This document shows positions 1-12,185 of a DNA stretch of 64,000 bases, one piece after another. This stretch comes from Camelus ferus (lineage: Eukaryota), in assembly GCF_009834535.1 (NCBI RefSeq), contig NC_045697.1, forward strand, positions 64,048,001-64,112,000. The letters are read 5' to 3'. The notes below the pieces were generated by a model. The model had not been told where the DNA came from. It did no database searches and worked only from the letters and a program-made list of their open reading frames with translations. The position numbers and the translations under genes were made by a program. Each line of letters begins with the position of its first letter. Positions within the stretch are counted from its first letter, which is position 1.

Positions 1-813
1 AATATGGCATTCATGACCTACATTCTGATCTCATCCACACTTTACCACACCTGTCTTTCCATTCAATATAAACTGCACCTGTATGGATGCTTAATATTCC
101 CTATTAGCCCTTGCAGTCCCTTGTTTTATTCCACGTTATTGATGACAGTGTTACTACTTCACCATGGAAATCCTTATTTCATTCTCCATTCACCCAGATT
201 TTCCACCACCACAAAATCCTCATGTGATACCCTCCATAATATCTTTCAGATCTCACTCCTTGAACCTGCTGAAAGCAACATTGCATACTCCTGTATCTTC
301 ATCACACCTTTTATTATTATTACAGCTCTTGTTAGTTTTCCTTGTACTCTATCTGTGCACATAATTACTTGAAGACAGGGACTTGCCTTAGTCATCTTTG
401 TATTCTTTCAGCCCTTAGAATGGCTTAAAATATTGTAATTTCTCAAATATTATTTAATTTAATCTTAAATAGTTCTTGAAAAGCTGAGGTTAGACTACCT
501 TTGTTATTCTAATTCTAACGTCGCAAAGCAAGTAAAACAATGCTTTTTGAGTAAGTGCCTAAATACTGAGCAACTGGGGCCTCTATAGTCAAAAGAGTTA
601 AAGTAACCAGAGTGCTTGCCAGTTGGGGTGATACGAATAAAGACCTGCACCGTTAACCTCGTTCTTGGTGTATCTGGCCAGGTTTAGTGGCTAAAAATAG
701 TAACCTTATGACATTTCTTTTTATATTCAAACTTTTTTTAAAAGATAACTTTATCAGAATGCCTAAGGACAGATAAATTTCTTACATCATATTAAATTTT
801 TTATATCTGTATA

Positions 814-1713
814 CAGTTGACCATTGAACAATGTGAGAGTTAGGGGCACTGACCCCCTGAACAATCAAAAATACTCATATAATTTTTGATTCCCTCAAAC
901 TTAACTACTAATAGCCTATCATTGACCATAAGCCTCACCAATAACAAATACTCAATTCACATATATTCTATATGTTATGTGTATAATACTCTTATAGTAA
1001 GGAAGCTAAAGCAAAACGTTATTTAAAAAATCATAAGAGAAAATACATTTACAGTAGTACTGTATTTATTGATACTGTAAGTTTACATCATCTATTCACA
1101 AGGTGAATCATCTGTCACTACCTACATCAGTATTGTCTTATATGATAAAAAACACTAATATTCTATGTATTAATAACACTAGACATCAAAAATGGAAAGA
1201 TAGTGTGAAAAAGTTTATATTTACTTACAGGTGTAACGATTTAAGCACTGTTATTAAAAAATATGATTGCTACATGGTAGCCTAGCCTATACACTAATGA
1301 GTAAATTGTTATAAAATGTTTATCGAATACAGTTTTACAGTCATATTCATAATACAATATTGGAAATAAAAAAACACTTACCTGTGAAAATAGATTGGAT
1401 AGCTGTTTTTACAGTTATGAGAGGGAGAGGCATACATGGTAATGGAATTCTTAGAAAGCAAAGTCAAAACAGAAAATTAACGGGTTATTAATTTCACATT
1501 AAATATTACCTTATGCCTATATAAGGAGGACTCACCTCTATATATATCTTATGCATTCATGACATTTTCATAATTTTTTGATATTTCAAGCCTATGCAGT
1601 TTATCATTAAGTTATTTCAAATTGTCCAAATCTCAAAAATTTTTCCAATGTGTTTATTGAAAAAAATCTGCATATAGTGGACCTGTGCATACTTATTGTT
1701 CAAGGGTCAACTG
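814..1713. mobile_element. Tigger2-family (TcMar-Tigger) non-autonomous DNA transposon
   Basis: Terminal inverted repeats CAGTTGACCATTGAACAA (from 814) and TTGTTCAAGGGTCAACTG (to 1713), flanked by TA on both sides (812-813, 1714-1715). These match Tigger2/MER8-type ends. Confidence 0.9.
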
Positions 1714-1749
1714 TAATACCTTTACCATAATATTCCTGGCGTAGTGCAC

Positions 1750-2500
1750 TAACATATTTCATTCTTTACATGTTGACAAAGTACTATGTATCAGCTCTAT
1801 GCTAGGCAGTGAAAATATAACTGCACAACATAAATGCAATTACTTTTCTTGTGGTTTCTGTGATCTGGTTGGATATAAAGAGTAGGCAGAAAATTGTATC
1901 ACTGTGACATGGCTGTCATGTTTATATGAGATACCATCAGAGCATTAAGGCACTTAATTTGAGGAGTTAGACAACGTTTCTTGGAAGAACTGATGTTTAT
2001 GCTGCAACTTGAAGGGAAAGTAGAATTATTCAGGTGAAGAGGGACTAAAGAAAGTCTCTATGCAGAGGAAACAGATGAGAATGTTCTTGAGCCTAGGAAA
2101 TAAAAGATACCAGCATGACTGGAATGTAGAATACAAAATTAGAAATGACAAAGGAGGCAAGAAAAGTATTGAAGGACATTGAAATGATTTAAGAAATTTG
2201 AACTTTAATCTGAGATCAATGGGAGACATTGGCACTTTCAAGGGAATGACATGATTCAAATTATTTTCCAAAAATTACTTAGGCTGCACTGTGGATAATG
2301 GAGCAGATGTAGGTGGGCAAGGCCAAGGTAGAAAGAACAGTGAGTCTCCATCTGTAGTTGTCAGTCATCATGGTCTGAGCAGTGGAAGGGGCCAAGGAAG
2401 TGGAAAGTATAATGATTATATAATTGAATGTATGTGTTGGATAAGGAATGAGAAGTTAATGATGACTCTCAGCAGTGTGACTTTTACAACTGAGAAGGTG
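1750..2500 (-). mobile_element. LINE-2 3' fragment (degenerate)
   Basis: Reverse-strand L2 3'-end-like text (gtactatgtatcagctctatgctaggc..., gaactttaatctgagatcaatgggagacattgg, gggaatgacatgattcaaatt). Boundaries approximate. Confidence 0.7.
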
Positions 2501-2988
2501 ATGTTGCCATCCAACCATTAAGCCAGAAATGCTGGAGTAGGGCAATGGCCTTTCTGCACCTGAGTAATGAAAACTAAGAACTCCTGTCTCAGAGCTGTGA
2601 AGTCTAGACCAATGTAGACCCACATGTTGAGGGTCAGGAAAAAAATTGAGAGTGTGCATTATTTACTGAAGTCATTTTTCATGGTAGGATTTTTCCATGC
2701 CGAGAATTTTTTAGATTGTGCTTACAATGATAGATAATGATAAAATGAGTTTAAAAAGGCAAATGCTTGTCATTTGAAATGGCATTGTAAGAGTTTTTAC
2801 TTGGATATTTGAAAAAGGAAAAGTTTGACAACATGAATATTCAGGAAATTAAATAATGTTATCAACATGGTTATTGTCTACATGAAAAAGTTCAGGAGTA
2901 GAACAGCAGAACAGCAATGAGGTTTCAAAAGTAAGCCTGCTGAATTGCTTAAGTCAAACTTAATAGGTGTGATAAGAAAAGTTGTAAT

Positions 2989-5387
2989 TGAGAGAGAAGA
3001 TCAAGATGGTGGAGTAAGAGGACATGGAGCTCACCTCTCTCTATGAACATATCAAAATATATCTACATGTGAAATAATTCTTACTGAGAGCTAACTGGAA
3101 GCCGGCAGGAGGAACTCCTGGACAATCAAGACTGTAAGAAAGATGCACACATAATTGGGGAAAAAAAGAAGAAAAATGACTGAGTTGGGACCTGTACTCC
3201 TGGGAGAGGACTTAGGAAAAGGGATATCACATGGGCAGATGCCCATCCTGGGGAGTGAGCAGTTCAAGCCACAGACAGGGTGTCTCAGTCTGGAGGTGCC
3301 ATGCAGAGAAGATAAGGCCCCTTGGCTGGTTGGAGGACCCTGGGGCAAATAGAAGGGCTGTGGGAGGCCTGGATTCTGCTCTTGAGGAGTATGGGTGTGC
3401 TGGCTAGCCCCCAAGGTGGGGCTGAGAGAGGTCTGCCCTAGTGGCTGCTGGGTTTCTTCCTAACCCCCTTGCCCTGCACGCCAGGTGGAGCTGAGCTAAT
3501 GCTCCAGCCCCACTCACTCCACATCACAGCACTGAATTTGGGATGGCCATGACCAGAAAAAAGACCATGGGACACAGTGGTGACCCAGTCCTGGGGTGGA
3601 TCCTGGGTGAGGTGGTGGCCACTGTTGGTGCTACCTCAAGAAGCACCTCAGAAGCTGCTCAGATCACTGACATCAGCTGCTCCACCACAGCTCACCCCCA
3701 GATACACTCCAAGAGTCCACATGGGCCCCAGCTGCCCTACAGAGTGATTCTAAGACAAGGTAGGGGGGTTAGTGGAGCTGGGGGCAGTGATTGGCTGGGA
3801 GGGGAAAAGGGGACTTGCACCCAAAGCTGCACATAGGCCCCAATTGCCTCAGCACTCCCCCCACTGGGGCAAGGATCCCGGTGTAGGCCGAGGGAAAAAC
3901 ACGCATTTGACGCAATCAGAACCAGCCCAGGACCAACCCTCATGGCTTCTGCTTCAGCAGTTTTAAATCTGACCCCATTCCCTATAGGGCGGCAATAGCC
4001 ACTGAGCAAGAGGGAAGCCCCACCATCTAGAGCCCTATCTCCTACCAAGGTGACAGCTGCCAGCACACCCTGAGGGAAAATGTGACTTGCATTCATGTCA
4101 AATCCAGCTCTCCCACCAAAAGCACTGGACACACACAGACTATACAAGGACACCCCTACATAAGGACACCGCTTGAAGACCACAATAGGTAATTGTCTCC
4201 CCTGAATTCACAAAGACAGAGAAAATTAAGCAAAATGAGAAGACACAGGAACTGTTCTCAACTGGACAAGCAAGAGAAAACCTCTGAAAAAATAATGAAA
4301 CAAATAACTTACCAGATAAAGAAGTCAAAACATTAATAAAATTGTTAATTGAATTAGGGAAAAGAATTGAGGTAATAATGAACACTTCAACAAGAAACTA
4401 GAAAATATAAAGACCCAATCAGAAATGAAGAATTCAATAGCTGAAATAAAAACACATTAGAAGGAATGAATATCAGACTAAATGACACCAAAAAACACAT
4501 AAGTGATCCAGAAGATAGAATAGATAGATAACGGAAATCACCCAATCAGAACAGAAAAAAAAATTAAAAGTTAAATCAATTTAAGAGATCTCTGAAATAA
4601 CATTAAGCATGTCAATATTCATATTATAGGGGTCCAAGAAGGAGAAAAGAGAAGGTGATTGAAAATGGATTTGAGGAAATTATGGCTGAAAACTTCTCAA
4701 TCCTGAAGAAGGAAACAGATATGCTGGTACAGGAATCACAAAAGGTCCCAAACAAGATTAACCCACAGTCCTGCACTAAGACATATCATAATTAAAATGG
4801 CAAAAGTTAAAGATAAAGAGAGAATTTCAAAGGCAGCAAGAGAAAAACAAAGTTATATACAAGAGTATCCCCATAAATCTATCAAGTGATTTCTGTGCAG
4901 AAACATTGCAGGCCAGAAGGGAGTGGCATAATATATTCAAAGTGCTGAAAAGGAATAACCTGCAACCTAGGATATTCTACCCAGCAAGATTATCATTTAG
5001 AAGAGGAGAGAGAATGTCTCAGAGAAGCAAAAACTGAAGAGTTCATCAATACTAAACCTACGCTAAAAAATGTTAAAGAATCTTCTCTAAGTGGAAAAGA
5101 AGTAAGAACTTATAGGAAAGGGGAAATCACACTCGGAAAAGCATATATATATATATGACTGAGGATCAATCACTCAAGACAGTATGAACATTAAAAGATA
5201 AAAATTGTAAAAGCAACTATAACTACAATAAACAGTTAAGGGATAAGCATGAAGATGTAAAATATGACATCAAAAACAAAATGTGGGAGAGTAAAAAATG
5301 TAGACCTTGAAACTATGTTTGGACTTAAATGACTACCATTTTAAAATAGATTGAGTTATAGGTCAACATTTATGAACCCCCATGATA
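2989..5387 (+). mobile_element. LINE-1 5' portion: 5' UTR, decayed ORF1 (~4235-5090) and part of the inter-ORF spacer; 3'-truncated
   Basis: Starts GAGAGAGAAGATCAAGATGGTGGAG (YY1-like CAAGATGG at 3002). GC-richer 5' UTR to ~4230, then ORF1-like sequence with frameshifts and stops (ataggggtccaagaaggagaa, gaggaaattatggctgaaaacttc, ggccagaagggagtggcataatatattc). Degenerate 15-bp TSD at 2974-2988 / 5388-5402. Confidence 0.9.
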
Positions 5388-6384
5388 AAGAGAAGTCATA
5401 ATGTTACTATTTGGATTGGAACTTTTCAGATAACTTTAATGGACAGCTTCTTTAACATACTTTAGGAGACTTGGAAAAGCATGTTCAAATGATCTATAGA
5501 AATCTGATATTTACCCCAGGTCTTCACTCTTTTTTTTAATGTGATTACCAACCAGGAATACCTGTTTGCATTTTAGGTGTATGAGTTAGCTCTAGGTTCA
5601 GGTGGCTTATGACAAGTCTCTAGTTACTATGTCTGTGCTAAGCTGTAAGTTAGACTTTGGGGCCACAGGGGGAAATATATGGTATTTGAAAATACTTAGA
5701 AGAATAATGAGAAGGAAGATCATTGTTTCCAGAGATAATAGGAAAACTGCCAAGAAGTCTAAATCACACTAAAATAACCTTTTGAAGAGATCTTGTGGAT
5801 TCAATAACTTTTCCAACAAGGCACAGAAAAAAAATGCCTCAGAAGCCACAATTCATTCTAGCATATTATATTTTATCATGAGGAATAAAATTAACTCCAA
5901 GGAATAATATTAAATCAATAAGCTTATCAAAATGAATTAAACATAAAAAAAACCCCATATCCAGGCACATTTAAGAACATTCTAAGGTTCCTGTAGAATA
6001 CATCTTCAATTTATTCTGATCTAACACTTCTTTAAGTGACACTTGAGAATATTTGAATATTACATTTTATTTGAAATGCTGAAAGAGTCCCTCAGCAATT
6101 GAACCGCAGATTCTGCTGCCTTTCACTTTAGGAATATACAGCTCTCAATCACTGCACCATAAAAATAAAACTTTAAATGAATTAGACAATAATTGGTATT
6201 TTGCTTCTTATCATATACATTCATTTCTTTTGGTAAACACATTTGCTTTTCTGAGGCAAAATTCTATGTTAGAAATTGTGGATGATTCTTCCAATAAAAA
6301 CAACTATTGGACATTATGCATTAATGTTTAAAATGCAAGTTGGACAGATTTGATAGTAGCCCCCTTTAAAAGAATGGGATTCTT

Positions 6385-6634
6385 CAACTTTGATGTAAAT
6401 CTACTCTGTGCAGCATCCACCTGGGCTGCTTCGCCTGATCAACTGGCGCACTTGGGGAGCAGAGGGAATTGACGTGCACATAAAGCCTATCCTGCCTGCT
6501 ATGTCCTGAGAAATAAAGTCCCAGAGTCTTGAGCCTGGACTCAGATGTCCTCTGCCAGCATCCGTGAAATGATGGTGGCCAACTTGTCAGCTTGTAAGCT
6601 GAGTAAAATCTCAAACTCTTCACAGTTCTTGACA
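6385..6634 (+). mobile_element. ERVL-type solo LTR fragment (MER74-like)
   Basis: AATAAA at ~6511, followed by an LTR-like U5 ending gtaaaatctcaaactcttcacagttcttgaCA. Subfamily from recalled consensus. Confidence 0.6.
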
Positions 6635-6727
6635 TGTACTGTTATTTTTCAATATGATTTTTGAAAAAAATTCCACCAATATTTTATCAAGCATAATAAA
6701 TACTCAGAAAATATTTATATAATAAAT

Positions 6728-6880
6728 GTATCAGCTTGCTGGAAACTGTGTTTAAAATGTAGAACCTAGGTCCCAATACAGCAGACTTTCATAATGATTC
6801 AAATTTTCTGAAGGTGAAACTCTCATTTTAACTAGCATCCTAGGTGATTCTTTGACCCCACTGAAGTCTGAAAACAACTG
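6728..6880. mobile_element. MER5-type hAT-Charlie MITE remnant
   Basis: cattttaactagcatcctaggtgattct...gaagtctgaaaacaactg resembles the MER5A/B end. Confidence 0.65.
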
Positions 6881-9672
6881 ATATCAGGAAACAGATGGTT
6901 AGACTACTTCTTACGTTGTTATATAAACTAATTTTTAAAATCAGTCCACTGAGCCATACTACAGTTTTGTGAGAAACACCATCTCCTGAGGGTTAAAATG
7001 TGGTTAATATATTTAGAATATTATTTGTCCAAATTGTGGGAATATTTTTCATTTCTTCATGTACTCTATAGAATGTCTTTTGTTCCTCACTGGGTTAACA
7101 AAATTGATTATTTTGCACCTGGCACTAATTATGTATGTTAACAGAAACCTGAACATAAGTAAGTCTCTTTTGTTATGTGTTGTGTGTTACAGAAATACTC
7201 ATTGGTGGTGACTATATATATGTATATGTGTATCTATCCATCTATCTGTATCTGTATCTATGATTTGAATAACATGCATTAGACAAATCATTAAATGTTT
7301 CATGGTTAAAAGCTGAATCTTAAAGATACAGCTAAAATGTTTCCTGTAGCCTGGTTACCCACCTTAAGATACACTTTCTTCATTGCATCATCCTTTTCTT
7401 TTCTGATCTTTCTTCTGAGAACATGGAGGTTACATAGCTCTCTACTAGTGGCTGGGCATACATATAAAAAAGAAGTACCATCCTTTCCCTTAGATAACTC
7501 ATGTTATGAAATGGTAATTATAGGGTAAAAACATAAGCAACAAGCAAAATTTAACTACAACATTGTGAATAAATGTTAACTGGAAAAAAAAGGGCATATT
7601 ACCATGGAAAACAGAGTGGCTTCTAGAAAGAAGGGGTTAGTAAACTCTTGTGCAATAAGGCTAGTAAATGCATCAAGAGAAGTGAAAAAATTTCCGTTAC
7701 CTAAAGCTGAAATAGTCCTACTAACTGGTAAAACAACTGAAATACTTCTTCTTCAATGACTAATACCACAAGTGCAGGAGATGATGGAATGTAGCATATG
7801 CTACAGGCTTAACCATGGCAAGTGGTTTCATGGTCACAAAATTTCAAATGCTGTTTTTACTTTTCCTTCATAAATTACAACACCATTTAACTTCCATCAT
7901 TATAATCGAATGGCAAGGAAAAAAACCAAAATTCTTAAAACTTTTTACTTATAGAGAAATGACACTTTACCTTAGCTTCACGGTAGTGTGATGAAGGCTA
8001 GAAGTAACAACTTTGGCCAAATATACTGGATATATTTGCACATTGGGAATAATGGGAAAAGCTCCTTATTAGAAGAAGACAGTTATCAGCTTGCGGACAG
8101 CAATGATTTGCTGCCAGTTACTGCAAAGCAAGGTGAAGAAAACTGCAATGATTTCCTTTATAATGTGCATATTTAATCTTTCATATTTTGACATAGTTAT
8201 ACATTATTAGTGATAGGATTTAACATATCTATGAAAATTTCATTGTGACGAAATATTAGACATCCTTATGTTAGTTGTAGAAGTCATGTTCCTATTTATT
8301 GTATTGACAGTCTTATACACAGTAACCATCACGCTAATATTTATGACGTGCCAAGCACTGAGCTAAGCACATTACATAGAAGTAACGCATTTGATTCTTT
8401 AATCTTCTCTACGAGTAAGATTCTGTGTTACACCTCTTTCTATCAGTGGAGATGGGCCTAAGGAAAGCCTGATATCTGAGTGTGATGAGAGATGTTGTGG
8501 CTGGAAAAACTGACCTGTAGTTTAGATAGTTTTAGTAAAAACCCAGGAAGGGTCTTGAATGTCTTGTATCCATTAGTTGTTTTCGGTGAATAGACAGGCA
8601 CGTAACCTGAATCTTCAAAATGATGAAGGGACGATGTGAAAAGTCATGCGAGAATGGCAAAGCCAAGGTTCTAGTACTTCACTGGCGGGCCTCTGGGAGG
8701 CTGTGTTGTTGTTTCTCACTTCGAACAATTGTCTCCCGAACAATTGAGTTTCACATCCTCATCATTACAGATGTTTGTTTTTTATTTGTTCACATCTTTC
8801 ATCAGTCACATCATCATCCTTTTATGTATATCGTACATCCTCATTTTGCATGTGAGGCAGGCAAAGTGCAGTGATGTTAACGAATTTACCACTTTACACA
8901 GCCTTTACGTGACTAAGAGAGGATACAGTCTAAGAACTATGTCAGAGCACAGCTTCTGTACTAGTATGGCTTAATAGCTAAAATTTTTGTTAGTCAAAGG
9001 ACAGTTTTCCACAGATAAGGGCCACCAACATACCTCCTGGACAATTGTGTGAAAGCTAATAGAGTTGCTACTTAAACACATCTAGCTACATAATTTTGCT
9101 GAAGTTAATCAGTATTCATAAGTAGGGGACAAAGGAAACACAGAATGCAAGTCTTCTGATTTGTTCCTTTACAATCGGGTTCATCTCTGGTGGAGTCAGA
9201 TGAGCAAGCGCTGTCTCTGTCTCTTTCCCACGGCAGCGTTTTACTTTATGTGCACTCTCTCCTTGCTCTGTGCTGCTGGTGTAGCATATTTTGCCAGAAG
9301 GGCAGCATTACTTGATCAGTAGGAGCAGATTCAGGTTGTTGGGAAAAAAAATTGTAGTGATGCTTCAGGTGCAGCCCAGAATCAATAAGGAAGAGTGCTG
9401 CTTAACAGAGTGAAATAAAGAGCAATTGCTTACCGCAGCTGAATGACATCCCACGTTGGATCGTTGTCCATGCAAGAGGCTGACAGGCACCAGACTGAGG
9501 GGCTGTGAGATAAGCAGTTGACATGGTTACAAATGGAGTAGACCAAAGAGATGATTTAACTTTAATTGGTAAATTACATCTGTAGTTATATAAACTGCCA
9601 GAGTCAGGAAAATGTTTCGTTCTTGAGTACATTCAAGAAAATATTGGACGGAATTGCAGTTTTAATCTACGG

Positions 9673-9805
9673 CAAGGTTTTTCAACCTTGACACTATTGA
9701 CATTTTGGATTAGGTAATTCTTTGTTGTGAAGGGCTGACCTCTACTCCCTGTGTACTAATAGTGCCCCTGCCCTCACCATGAATATAAAATATGTCCCCT
9801 GAGAG
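9673..9805 (-). mobile_element. MER20 (hAT-Charlie) fragment
   Basis: caaggtttttcaaccttgacactattgacattttggattaggtaattctttgttgtg is the reverse complement of the MER20 end. Confidence 0.8.
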
Positions 9806-9887
9806 GCATTATATTTGCATCATTCTGGTTTTCTACTGTTTCTAACAATTTCAGTAGTATTTGTTGAATGAGCAAATGAGTGGAGAT

Positions 9888-10152
9888 CATACAGAAAATC
9901 TGAAATTGTGCTTGGTACTTTCCTCTTTCTGTCATTCAGTCCATCACTATTCTACAGTGATTCTACCATCATTCTGCTCATTTCTCTCCATTTCCATCCC
10001 TCTACTTCAAGACACCACCACCTCCTGACAGGGTTACTTTACCTTCTTCTGTACCTTCACACACATACTAGAAAAAGTTATAGAAATCTTTTAAAATGCA
10101 AATCTAATAATGCCATTGGCTTCCTTATTTTCCTTAAATATTTCCCTGAAAT
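9888..10152 (+). repeat. Left arm of a long inverted repeat (L2-derived sequence)
   Basis: Reverse complement of 11326-11582. Manual alignment gives about 10 substitutions and 3 indels. The ORF track shows the same peptide LKCKSNNAIGFLIFLKYFP on opposite strands. Confidence 0.95.
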
Positions 10153-10829
10153 ATGTAGGTTATAAATTCAACATTCATAATTATTTCTTAGCATGTAATT
10201 AAAATTTATTTTGGCCCATATTTTTTCATCATGTTTTATCATATTTTAACTTTACATATAAATACCAGTGAGTCTTATTTCAGGTTTCATGTTTTTTCAG
10301 AGCTTTAAAAAATGTTATTCTTGCCTATTCTGTGAAATATTTGTATTTTGGATAATTAGTAACTTTAAACATAACGACTGTTTGTGATACATGCCTTCTT
10401 CAGTCCCTAACAAGTACATGCATTTTGGGTTGCCTTATTGGAGACAGTTTCACCTTGGACTGATTAATTTTTAATTATCCAATTAACCTTCCTAAAATAC
10501 CTTGTCATGTCATTTACCTTTTCATAAACTTTCAATAGATCTTCATTTGATTTAAAATTATAAACTTCTTAAATTAGCAGGCAAACGCAAACAAGTTACA
10601 TGTATAAAAGTCTCATTCCATTTCTCTGTGAACTTACTGCCCCAACTTGGCAAGAAAACAGTAAGTTCCCAAGTAGGCCTTGCAAATATGTACCTATTCC
10701 TAATTCATAATGCCAGAGATGCCTTCCTGACTTTGCAGTAATTAAAATTCTATTTATTTTGGAGAATTCAGTTGAGAACATATCTCTAAATTTTCTCTCC
10801 CTCATTTCACCCAATCCCTTTTTTCCCAC

Positions 10830-11325
10830 CTATTTTTAATGTTTATCAAACACTTTATATCATAGACTAGACTAGATGCTGAGAAAACAGCTATGAACAA
10901 TGTGACCAGTTCTTACGTCCACAAAACTTAGTCTAAATGGGTGACAGGCATCAAACAAATAAATGTATAATATATGTGTGTATACATATATTAGGACAAC
11001 TACTTTAAAGGAATATTATCATGTGTTTACACTGAGATTATGAAAATACTATAACTTGTTTAAAATTGTGGAGTGTGACAATGTTCTTAAGGATGACCTG
11101 GGTACTGAGTTACAGCTGTCAGGCAAAAATGAAGGGCAAAATATTCCAGCAGAGGATAAAAAATGAGGGACCTGAGGAAGGAAAGATATTTTCACCATTA
11201 AAAAACTTGAAGGTGACGAATGCTGCTAAAAACCCAAAGATAAAGGGGAAAAATTGTCTCAGGAATAAAGTAGGGTTAGATAACTCAGTGTCATGTAGAT
11301 CAATACAAAAGTAATACCTTTTTGA
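10830..11325 (-). mobile_element. LINE-2 3' fragment, contiguous with the right inverted-repeat arm
   Basis: tttatcaaacactttatatcatagactagactagatgctgagaaaacagctatgaacaa...cttagtctaaatgg is a typical reverse L2 3' end. Confidence 0.7.
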
Positions 11326-11582
11326 ATTTCAGTAGGGAAATATTTAAGGAAAATAAGGAAGCCAATTGCATTATTAGATTTGCATTTTAAAAAGATTTCT
11401 ATAACTTTTTCTAGTATGTGTGTGAAGGTACAGTAACCCTGCCAGAATGTGATGGTGTCTTGAAGTAGAGGGATGGAGATGGAGAGAAATGAGCAGAATG
11501 ATGGTAGAATCACTGTAAAATAGTGATGGATTGAATTACAGAAAGAGGAAAGTACCAAACACAATTTCAGATTTTCTGTATG
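11326..11582 (-). repeat. Right arm of the long inverted repeat (L2-derived sequence)
   Basis: Reverse complement of 9888-10152. Confidence 0.95.
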
Positions 11583-12049
11583 GAGAAAGCTATTCTTTTT
11601 GCCTCAAGATGACTTTAGTCTGAGTAAGGCAGATAGACCTGCACTGAGCCAACATCCTGTTACCATATAACCTACTGTAGCCTATTGTAGCAGAACACAG
11701 CTTGCAAAGATCAGTGCATGCATATATAATCTCCACCATCACATGGTTACCTCTTGATCTTCATTTCTCCTTCTTTAGCACAAAATACCATTCCTTGTAC
11801 GACTCAAAGATTTTTTCTACTTATCCATCTTTTTTTATGCCACAGACTTAACAGACACATCCCTATCTATATATCCACAGTTCAGGGGTGCTATTAAAAT
11901 ATAGCATGATGGCTGGAACATATAATTAAATATTCTAATATGAATCCTTTTGACCTTGTTTTTCAAACATAAAATGTGTATCATGTATCTATGCATTAAA
12001 ATGAAACTTGATGGGCTCCAAATGGAAATGTTAAAAATGGTTTGGGAAA

Positions 12050-12185
12050 TCTGAAATTGGTTGTTAACTGCTACTAACAATTTTATAATCTTGGGCAAGT
12101 AAGTCACTTATTAACTCTAACCACAGTTTCCTTATAAAGTCAAGGGATTAAACTACATTAACTTTCAGTCTCTACTGCTTCTTGA
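12050..12185 (+). mobile_element. MIR SINE fragment
   Basis: MIR core: atcttgggcaagtaagtcactta...cagtttcctta. Confidence 0.65.

Noticed and set aside
4..372. 122-aa hydrophobic ORF
   Set aside because: Low-complexity AT/pyrimidine-rich intronic sequence, partly L2-like, with no recognisable protein or splice context.
3091..4183. Cluster of overlapping 64-148 aa ORFs, including antisense ones (possible ORF0 analogue)
   Set aside because: Expected by chance in a GC-richer L1 5' UTR. No recognisable domain or other support.
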